Assembly (NCBI GenBank): GCA_963847445.1
Contig: CAWJZV010000025.1
Span: 119,980-183,979, forward strand
DNA length: 64,000 bases
Direction: 5' to 3'
Source of the DNA: an uncultured delta proteobacterium
GTDB taxonomy: Bacteria > Desulfobacterota > Binatia > UBA9968
Shown here: one piece after another, positions 54,508 through 62,825 of the stretch
Numbering within the stretch: the stretch's first letter is position 1
Layout: the number at the start of each line of letters is the position of its first letter
Position numbers and translations under genes: made by a program
The notes under the pieces: model-generated
What the model was told of the DNA's origin: nothing
The model's input: only the letters and a program-made list of their open reading frames with translations
Database searches by the model: none

Positions 54508-56509
54508 AAAACAATGCATACGTGCTGAAGCTGGGCCTGCTTGCGCTGGCTCTGTTTCTGATGGTAACTGGGGTACCCACTGCGCAGGCGGGTGGGTTCA
54601 ATGTCGATTCCCTGGTGACTTTTACACCTCTGTCCTCGACCTACCGCACCACCACCAACACCACCGGGTGTCCGGCCGGTTATGCCGGGAAGTTCACCTT
54701 CACGGCGCAGTTGACGAATAAATCGGACAGTCCAGCGATGCCGGGTCTGGACGTGCTCGTGCAGACGTTGACCAACGGCAACGTCTTGTTGGATCCGCAG
54801 ACCAATACGGTCTTAGGCGGAGAGGGCGCCGTCATGGAAGTACCGCAGGTGGGGCAGTATGCCGACGGCCTGCTGAGTCCGGACGAGTCGGTGCAAGTGC
54901 CGTTTGTTGTTTGCTTGAAGACGCTGCCAGCCGTTTCAGTTTTTCGTCGATGTGTTCGGCATCGTGACCGAGTTGGTGAGTATCAACCGGTCTGGAACGA
55001 GCAGCGGCAACGTGCTACTCGGTGGCATCAGCGCATTACTAGCCCAGACTCAGTGCGGATGGCCGCTTCGTGGCGTTTGAGAGCTGCGGCGAGCGACCTG
55101 GTGGCGAACGACACCAATGGGACAGTCGGACGTGTTCGTGCGCGATATGCAGACGGGAACCACCACGCTGGTGAGCGTCAACCGGCTGGGACGGACAGTG
55201 GCAATGGGAACGTCTTTACTCGTCCCATGATCAGCGCGGACGGCCGCTTCGTGGCGTTCACGAGCGGGCGAGCGACCTGGTGGCGAACGACACCAATGGG
55301 ACGACGACGTATTCGTGCGCGATCTGCAGACGGGAACCACCACGCTAGTCAGTGTCAACCGGTTCGGAACCAACAGTGGCAATGGCTTGGCGGTACGAGC
55401 CCCGCGCTCAGCGCAGACGGCCACTTCGTGGCGTTCAGGAGCTTGGCAAGCGACTTGGTACGCAACCGACACTAATGGAACATGATGACGTTTTCGTGCG
55501 CGACCTGCAGACGGGAACGACAAGACTAGTGAGTGTCAACCGGGCGGGAACGGACAGCGGCAATGGCTTTTCAGGCGGCCAAAGCCCTGTGATCAGCGCG
55601 GACGGCCGCTTCGTGGCGTTCTGGAGCTTGGCAAGCGATTTGGTGGCGACCGACACGAACGGGGTCGCGGACGTGTTTCGTGCGCGATCTTACAGACGGG
55701 AACGACCACGCTGGTGAGCGTCAACCGGGCGGGAACTAACAGTGGCAATGCTGGGAGCGATTCTGATAACAATCCACAGGGGTCGGACTCCCCCACGCTC
55801 AGTGCGGACGGCCGTTTCGTGGCGTTCTCGAGCTGGTGCAAGCGATCTGGTGGCGAACGACACCAATGCGTGGTTTGACGTGTTCGTGCGCGATCTACAG
55901 ACCGGAACGACCACGCTCGTGACTGTCAACCAGGCGGGAACAGACAGCGGCGATCGCCCTAGACCGGACAGTTCAGAGCTGGCGGCTCCTCGTCGCGCTC
56001 AGCGCGGACGGCCGCTTCGTGGCGTTCGAGAGCGGCTGCGAGCGACTTGGTGGCGACCGACACGAACGGGACATCGGACGTGTTCGTCCGCGATCTGAAA
56101 GACAGGAACGACCACGCTGGTGAGCGTCAACGAGGCGGGAACGGACAGCGGCAGGCCCCGTACAGAGTGTCATCCCGAACCCCAGGGTTGCATCTTCCGT
56201 CCTTTCGGCTCGGGGGGCGCCGTGATCAGCGCGGACGGCCGCTTCGTGGCTTTCTCAGCAGTGCGAGCGACCTGGTCGCGACTGACACCAATGGGGACTT
56301 TGACGTGTTCGTGCGCGATCTGAAGACCGGAACCACCACGCTGATTAATGTCAATCAGGCGGGGACCGACAGCAGCAATGTGGGCTCTCTTGGCCCTGTG
56401 CATCAGCGCCGACGGCCGCTTCGTAGCGTTTACAAGCAATGCGACGCGACCTGTGGCGACCGACACCAATGGGAGAGGGGACGTGTTCGTGCGTCCGGTG
56501 CAGCAATGA
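54504..56509 (+). CDS. Secreted TolB/PD40-like beta-propeller protein B (paralog), frameshifted
   Basis: Different signal peptide, N-domain nearly identical to protein A, ~8 repeats. Confidence 0.8.
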
Positions 56510-56676
56510 GCGAGCGAGGGATAAGGAGAGGCTGGATCATTTGAGACCCGTTCCGACAAACTAATTCCAAGAGCCGATCGGCCCTCGGGCGACACAGTCG
56601 GTCCAGGTGAGCATTTATGTTTCAGTATAAGGCCAGAGCGATATGGAAGTCGGTTAGGAACAGGAACGGGAGAACC

Positions 56677-58396
56677 ATGCGCGACTTCAACGGCAAGTCT
56701 AGCCAGGATCATATGTTTTGTCCTTGCTAGCATAATTATAGAGCCTGTCCATGCTGCTTCGATCGACAGCGAGCCGGCAAATCTGCTCACAAATGGTAGC
56801 TTCGAACAAGGGCAGTTCGCGCCGAACCGCATTCCGAGCGGCTGGTCCTGGGATTCCTGGGCGCGAACGGCCATACCCGTCTGGGACGAGACCGAGGCTC
56901 GTACGGGCGACAGGAGCGTAAAAATCGTCTCGCCCACTTTAGACGACGCTCGCTGGGTTCAAAGCGTGCCTGTCGAGCTCAACAAACCTTATTACCTGTC
57001 TGGATGGGTCAAGACCAAGGATGTTGCCCATTCTCCCGAAATCGTCGATGCGGGCGCTAACATTTCGCTATTAGATGGTTCGACGCGCTCGCCGGGTATT
57101 CTTGGCAGCCAAGATTGGCTGCGCACCGGAGTTTTATTCAACTCCGAATCCAATGGCCAGGTCACGGTCGCCGCGCGGCTAGGATTTTATGGCGGGACGA
57201 CAACCGGCACCGCTTGGTTCGACGACATAAAGCTGACGCCGGTTGTTCCACTTAACCCTCATCCTTCCTGGAAAATCCTGGTGCTCATATACCGTGACAC
57301 CGACTTTAGCTATACGGACAGCGCTGGAACACAGCACCACGTCGTCGCCTCGATGACGCAGTATGAGGTGGATCAAGCGGCGCACGCAGCCAGGCAGTTC
57401 GTAGAAAAGGATATCCCGGCGCTCACGAGCAGCAACATGCTGCCAACGCTGACCATCCGCTATCCCGATCGAGCGCTCAGCAAACTGTCGCCGCATGGCG
57501 GCGGATGGTGGCCTTCGCCAGAGAATACCGCCGGGGAGCGTGATCCTGCATTCGACTCGGTCATCGTTATTTGGGATCCCCGCGCGACAGATCAGATCAC
57601 CGGAAAGTCTATTTGGCTTGGCAGTGCAGCCGGACTCACGCCTGCGATGGGTACCGGACAAGCCTATACGACAATAATCATCGAGGCGGCTTTCTCATAC
57701 GGTCACCGCAACGTGTTCAAGCATGAGTGGGGGCATTCCATACTTGAGTTTTTCAACGCGATTGGGACGGCTCCCAGGCCGAAGGTCGAAAATCATGCGG
57801 TCGCAAACCAGTACGTGAACTGCCTGACGGGCGCTCCTTACGTTTGGGTGGATGAAACCGACAGCAAGCCGATTCCGAACTCGATCTACCACAACGATTC
57901 GGGTTTCACCCACGACTATTACTCTGGGATGACGGCCAGGGCCGCTGAACCGGCACGCTGTTTGGGCATCACTGCGGAGGCATGGGCTTACGGCGGTCCG
58001 GTAACTCATTCTGCGAACCCGTCAATGTCTACGGCCAGTCAAATCATCAATGACAAAGTAAACTTTGTCGTCCAGAGCACGTCTTTCAGCCCGAACCGGG
58101 TAGCTGGGGGTTCTGCCGGCGTGTTCACGATCAACGCGGTTCTGACCAAGACAAGCCCGGCAGAGATCTGGGCGCCGATTAAGGCGGTCGTGAAAACGCT
58201 GACTAATGGGAATACGCTTCTTAGCGCCACCGAAGGCAATGGCAGTGCGGGAAGCAAGCAAGCCATCGATGCAGGATCTGATGACGCCTTAACAGGGAAC
58301 GAGTCCGTTACCGTCCAATTCAAGATTGGACTGGCGACCCTCGATAGGTTCAGTTTTCTTGTGGATATTGAAGGCTATGTTCTGTCTCAGCCGTAG
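56677..58396 (+). CDS. Secreted CBM4/9-like + zinc metalloprotease (HEXXH) protein; start region frameshifted
   Basis: Frame extends upstream of 56966 with signal-like LARIICFVLASIIIEPVHA and NLLTNGSFE..GTAWFDDIKL CBM motif; VFKHEWGH. Confidence 0.75.
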
Positions 58397-58607
58397 GGAC
58401 ATTATTGCGCTGTCGGATACTGGTGACGTTTCTAATTGCTTTGACGGCAATCCAGCTACGCCAAAAGCGACTGGGAAAGGGGATTCTCTGTTTCAAGAAT
58501 ATCTAAAAAGTCAGCCGATATTCCCACATGTTTAAAGCAGCTGGCCCCAGTCAGTTTCTTTCTCGATGTTTTGGGTTCGCCAGGAGAAGATAACACCAAA
58601 AGGTAAG

Positions 58608-59129
58608 ATGACGATGAAATTTTTTTGGAACAATGTGGCCGCGGCCGTGGTTATTGCTTATCTCTTGACGGTCGGTCAAGCCGCTGAACAGCCCAGGCCG
58701 GCCAAGAGTCAGGCCGCAGGAACATTTCAGGTGAAAGTCAGCCAGGGCTATCTTTCTTTAGAGGCCGCCGAGGCACCGCTTGGGCAAATCTTTCAAGAGA
58801 TCGGAAAACAAGCGAAGATCACTGTCGATAGTAACATCGGACCGGAAGAAAAAGTTACCATTCGTTTGGATCGTGTGCCGCTTGAAGAGGGGATTAAGCG
58901 GCTTGCAAAAAACGTCACCGTCTTCTATACCGAGACTCCCAAGGACAAAAGTCGTCGAATATCGAAGGTGGTCGTATTGTCTGAAGGGAGAACACAGCCG
59001 GAGTCAGTTAAAGAGTCCGCGCCACAGGCTGTGAAAATAAATAAGCCGGCAGCGCAGCCTGAGCCGTTCAAGTTCGAGTTCGATCCTGGAAAGATTGCCG
59101 AAAAGGAAAAGCCTCGCAAGCAGCCGTGA
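58608..59129 (+). CDS. Secreted protein with stand-alone secretin-N0/STN-like domain
   Basis: Signal peptide; LSLEAAEAPLGQIFQEIGKQAKITV..KVTIRLDRVPLEEGIKRL. Confidence 0.65.
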   Translation: MTMKFFWNNVAAAVVIAYLLTVGQAAEQPRPAKSQAAGTFQVKVSQGYLSLEAAEAPLGQIFQEIGKQAKITVDSNIGPEEKVTIRLDRVPLEEGIKRLAKNVTVFYTETPKDKSRRISKVVVLSEGRTQPESVKESAPQAVKINKPAAQPEPFKFEFDPGKIAEKEKPRKQP

Positions 59130-59136
59130 CGGCCCC

Positions 59137-59301
59137 ATGAATAGAATAATCAGTCTGGTGCGCGAACCAAGCCTTTTCCCAGCGAAAGCCCTGCTGGCTT
59201 GGGATCTCGCGCTGTGGCTTTGCTGGTTGCCTATGCTGCTCAACCGCATAGTATCGCGCTTGCGATATGCGTCGATGCGACTCGAGGCCGAAGCATCATG
59301 A
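59137..59301 (+). pseudogene. Truncated remnant resembling the N-terminus of a second B2 peptidase
   Basis: LAWDLALWLCWLPMLL parallels LATRVTGLLCLLPVLE in the adjacent B2. Confidence 0.4.
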
Positions 59302-59813
59302 TTTTCCGATCTCCACGAAACAATCAGGCAAATAATTTCTGGTGGAATGTTTCTCTCGCAACCCGAGTCACGGGGTTGTTGTGCCTGCTTCCCGTCCTAG
59401 AAAAATCCCACACTCTTCCCGCGCTCCTCGCGCTCCTCACGCCGGTTCGCTGCGGCGAAAAAATACCCGCTGCCTTGGTCATGGAAAGAGCAGTTGGGTT
59501 GGTGCTGCGACTATGCCATCGCCGGCCGTTTCGTTCGGCGCTTTTTCCCAAGGCGTGTCTCAGGCAGTCGTTGGCGCTCTACCACGCATTGACTCATCTG
59601 GGGTTCCCGGTCGAGTTCCATTTGGCTGTGCGCAAGCAAGGCGAGGAACTTGTCGCCCACAGCTGGGTGACGCTCTGGGGAAAACCTGTCGCTGAAAAAA
59701 CCATTCCAAACGTCATGAAACTTGTTTATTCATACCCCACTAAGGCGAATTCAAATCAGGTCATGAACGGAGGTCGATATGGAACAGAAAAACTCTCAGC
59801 GACCGCAGCGTGA
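59298..59813 (+). CDS. Lasso-peptide-type B2 leader peptidase (transglutaminase-like)
   Basis: KACLRQSLAL (catalytic Cys) and AHSWV (catalytic His), typical of Transglut_core3/B2. Confidence 0.88.
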   Translation: MIFRSPRNNQANNFWWNVSLATRVTGLLCLLPVLEKSHTLPALLALLTPVRCGEKIPAALVMERAVGLVLRLCHRRPFRSALFPKACLRQSLALYHALTHLGFPVEFHLAVRKQGEELVAHSWVTLWGKPVAEKTIPNVMKLVYSYPTKANSNQVMNGGRYGTEKLSATAA

Positions 59814-59970
59814 AAAGACGCAAATCTCTGAGCAGCCCGCGGGCAAACAGCAATGGCAAGAGCCGAAACTGAATTTTGTCAAGCCCAAACTGACTAAGCA
59901 TGGCGAGTTGAAAGAGGTCACTGCCGGTTTCTTCGGCGGGTTCAGTCCGGGAGATCAAGACCCGGTCTAG
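59779..59970 (+). CDS. RiPP precursor peptide with lasso-type leader (63 aa)
   Basis: GGAGG RBS; WQEPKL..KPKLTKHGELKEVTA leader (xxPxL..G.....T) then core GFFGGFSPGDQDPV. Confidence 0.85.
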   Translation: MEQKNSQRPQREKTQISEQPAGKQQWQEPKLNFVKPKLTKHGELKEVTAGFFGGFSPGDQDPV

Positions 59971-60000
59971 CCGGCGCTAAGTAGGCGGAGGCCGAGGCAA

Positions 60001-60990
60001 ATGGACCTGTACATGTGTCATGGTCTCACGCTAGGTGTAAAACTTCTCGGACCGGATGGAGTGGCGCACCTTGAACAGCTGCTCGACGATCTGTCATGGG
60101 TGCGCTGCGACCATGCCGTTTCCCAGCCCTTGCTTAACCTCAGTGTCGGTCTCGATAGTTGCAAGGTGGAAATCCCACCGACGGCGCGTGAATTATTCCG
60201 TGCTGATGATTTTTGCGGCATGGAAGTTGACGATGATTTCTACCTGACCGATGGTTCGTCTACCTTTCATTGCCGAGCCCGAACCGGCGCGGGAGATATT
60301 TTTCTGTCGCCGTCTTTTTCTCACAAGTCGCCTCTCTTGCAGCGAAATTTCTGGGCCTTTGCGTTGCTTAAACTGCTACGCAACCGGAGCATCTTCAGTC
60401 TGCATGCGGCGGCCGTGACGCGAAATGGACTGGGAGTCCTCATCGTCGGCCCACCAGGGAGCGGAAAATCCACCCTGGCTATCGGTTTGATCCGACGGGG
60501 CTGGAACTACCTTTCTGACGATGCCCTGCTCCTGCGCGAGAATTCAAACGGAATAGAAGCGTTGGCGTGCCGCAAGAATTTCTATGTTAACGCCGACGTC
60601 GCTGCGAATTACGCTGAGTTCCCTTTGGCAGACGAAGTCGCGGACTCCTATGGCGGGACGAAGCGGAGGTTAAAGATTGAAGAGGCCTACCCGGCGCAGT
60701 TCTTGGAGAAATGTCATCCGACGGTTCTGCTCTTTCCCCGGATTGTCGCCGATCGGCAAAGCGTTTTGCTTCCCTGCGATCGCATCACGGCTTTAAAAAA
60801 TCTTTTGGCGCAAAGCGGTTCCCAGTTGTTTGACCAAAACAGCATGGGTAAGCAGCTCGACCTTCTAGCGCGGCTGCTGCGGCAGACGACATGCTATGAA
60901 CTCAAAGCCGGCGTCGATCTGTACCACGATCCGGCAGTGTGCATGCAGCTGCTGCAAAAGAGCCAACCGGAGCAACCATGGCTCGACTAA
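60001..60990 (+). CDS. HPr-kinase-like RiPP kinase
   Basis: LHAAAV, GPPGSGKST Walker A, YLSDD. Confidence 0.85.
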   Translation: MDLYMCHGLTLGVKLLGPDGVAHLEQLLDDLSWVRCDHAVSQPLLNLSVGLDSCKVEIPPTARELFRADDFCGMEVDDDFYLTDGSSTFHCRARTGAGDIFLSPSFSHKSPLLQRNFWAFALLKLLRNRSIFSLHAAAVTRNGLGVLIVGPPGSGKSTLAIGLIRRGWNYLSDDALLLRENSNGIEALACRKNFYVNADVAANYAEFPLADEVADSYGGTKRRLKIEEAYPAQFLEKCHPTVLLFPRIVADRQSVLLPCDRITALKNLLAQSGSQLFDQNSMGKQLDLLARLLRQTTCYELKAGVDLYHDPAVCMQLLQKSQPEQPWLD

Positions 60991-62000
60991 TCATCGAGCT
61001 TACCGATCGCTGTAACTTACGCTGCCGCCATTGTTTCGACGCGCGGCATGCGGGCACCGGTGATCTTTCGCTGGATATTCTTAGCAAGGTGCTCCAAGAA
61101 GGAAAAAGCTGTGGCTTCGACGAAATCTCTTTTACCGGCGGCGAGCCGACCCTGCATCGGCAATTTGCCGAGATTGTTCGCCTCGTCTGTGCGGCGGGTT
61201 ACCGCTTCGGCTTTGTCAGTAACGGCAGCAACTTCTCGCACCATTACGCTCTGTTGATCGAGCACCGCGAGTGGTTAGAAGGGGTCACTTTCAGCCTCGA
61301 CGGCGCGCGCGAGACGACCCATGACCGGCTGCGCGGCAAGGGCTCCTATCGGCAGGTGGTGCGGGCGGCGAGCATCTGCGTGTTCAAGGGAATTCCTTTT
61401 ACCCTCAATATGGTTCTCACGGCAGAGAACCGCAGCGAAGTGCGGGAGATGGTCGAGTTAGGGGCCAGTCTTGGCAGTAGAGCGGTGCGCTTCGGCCATT
61501 TGATGTCGACGCCCGAGACCGCCCTGCGCGGCTTGGATCTGTCTCCCAAAGAGCGGTTGGAGGTGGAGGACGAAATCTGGCGTCTGAAAGGAGCCGCCCC
61601 CATCCTTGTCGCCATGGCCCCCGGCTATTTTAGCGAATCGCCGTTTTTCCCCTGCGCCCCGCTCAAACTGCAAGAGCTTAACCTCGATTGCCGGGGCAAT
61701 GTTACGCTCTGTTGCCAGCTATCCGGTTATTCCGGAGCCGACAACAAAACCGATTTCATGGGCAACCTCAGTGAAGTCAGCTTGGCCGAGGCGGTTGAGC
61801 GTTCACGCAGGATGGTCGCTGTATATCTGGAGGACAAGCAAGCAAAGTTAGCCGGCGGCAAGTTTGCTCAACTGGATCATTTTCCTTGCTGGTATTGCTT
61901 GAAGCATCTCGGCAAAACTTCCTGGTTAAAAAACTTTCCTCATCACCCATGGGCGGATCACGAAGGCCCCACAGCGCCGAGGAGCCATGACAACGCTTGA
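60978..62000 (+). CDS. Radical SAM enzyme with SPASM/twitch-like C-terminus
   Basis: CNLRCRHC, FTGGEP, FSLDG..HDRLRG; C-terminal C..GNVTLCC..MGNL..CWYC. Confidence 0.92.
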   Translation: MARLIIELTDRCNLRCRHCFDARHAGTGDLSLDILSKVLQEGKSCGFDEISFTGGEPTLHRQFAEIVRLVCAAGYRFGFVSNGSNFSHHYALLIEHREWLEGVTFSLDGARETTHDRLRGKGSYRQVVRAASICVFKGIPFTLNMVLTAENRSEVREMVELGASLGSRAVRFGHLMSTPETALRGLDLSPKERLEVEDEIWRLKGAAPILVAMAPGYFSESPFFPCAPLKLQELNLDCRGNVTLCCQLSGYSGADNKTDFMGNLSEVSLAEAVERSRRMVAVYLEDKQAKLAGGKFAQLDHFPCWYCLKHLGKTSWLKNFPHHPWADHEGPTAPRSHDNA

Positions 62001-62268
62001 CGACAAGGTTCGACCCAACGCGCAGGTCGTTGACACCAAGCTTGACGACGGCGAAGTCGTTCTGCTCCATCTGGACAGCAAAAGCTATTTTAGCCTTAAT
62101 GTTACCGGCGAGCGGATCTGGCAGGGCTTGAAACAGGGGCTGAGCCTACGCGAGATCAGCCAACGCTTGCAGGCGGAGTTTGACGTGGACGAGGCGGCGG
62201 CGGACTCCAGCGTTGTCGAATTGGTTGACGAGCTGACGCAGCAAAAACTCGCGCAGCTCGCGGACTGA
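61987..62268 (+). CDS. PqqD-family RiPP recognition element (lasso B1)
   Basis: DDGEVVLLHLDSKSYFSLNVTGERIWQGL..ISQRLQAEFDV. Confidence 0.92.
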   Translation: MTTLDDKVRPNAQVVDTKLDDGEVVLLHLDSKSYFSLNVTGERIWQGLKQGLSLREISQRLQAEFDVDEAAADSSVVELVDELTQQKLAQLAD

Positions 62269-62786
62269 TGAACATCCGCCCGGCCACGACCGCGGACATG
62301 GCTCGCCTCATCGAGCTTTTTCAGAAAGCGATCGCCTATCAAAGGGGTTTCGCGCCGTTTTTCGATCTCTCAGCGGATTTTAGCTGGGAGCGATTTGCCA
62401 AGTTGAAGCTTAGTAATCGCCACGAAAGGGTCTTCGTTGCGGAAGCGGATGGCGCGGTATTAGGGTACATCGATGTTCGAGCGATTGTTCCCGGTCAGGC
62501 TCGCTCGCTGAAAAATTTTGTCGGGCGAATATTCCAGCGGCGGATAGCGCCATCATTTGCTCGGACCGGCACTGTGGGTTGGATCGAGGATTGCTATGTG
62601 GAAAGCCAGTTTCGCCGACAGGGGATCGGCGCTGCGTTAGTTGCTTATGGCCTTGCATGGTTGCGCGAAAGCGGGGCAGACCGCATTGAGCTGGCAACTT
62701 TTGTCGCCAACGGCAGCGGCAGAGCTTTTTGGGAGAAGCTAGGTTTTTCTGCTTATCGGCTTTTGATGTCGAAGCGGTTTGATTGA
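62268..62786 (+). CDS. GNAT N-acetyltransferase
   Basis: IRPAT, FVAE..VLGY, YVESQFRRQGIGAAL, N..GRAFWEKLGF. Confidence 0.9.
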   Translation: MNIRPATTADMARLIELFQKAIAYQRGFAPFFDLSADFSWERFAKLKLSNRHERVFVAEADGAVLGYIDVRAIVPGQARSLKNFVGRIFQRRIAPSFARTGTVGWIEDCYVESQFRRQGIGAALVAYGLAWLRESGADRIELATFVANGSGRAFWEKLGFSAYRLLMSKRFD

Positions 62787-62825
62787 GCGTCACGCTCATC
62801 CCAACACACCGAGTGGAGAACAAGC

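Noticed and set aside
2002-56509. Mass pseudogenisation or programmed frameshifting of ndvB, the sensor kinase, CBS genes, clpB and the propellers
   Set aside because: Breaks are scattered single-base indels with motifs otherwise intact, most simply sequencing/assembly error; needs polished reads
52990-56509. Possible CRISPR array or DGR target (constant repeats with variable spacers)
   Set aside because: Repeats are ~170-200 bp, protein-coding with codon-level variation; no cas genes or reverse transcriptase in the window
59779-59970. Canonical lasso peptide call
   Set aside because: No Asp/Glu at core positions 7-9, a very short tail and no cyclase in the window; cannot be fully excluded because the cluster runs off the edge
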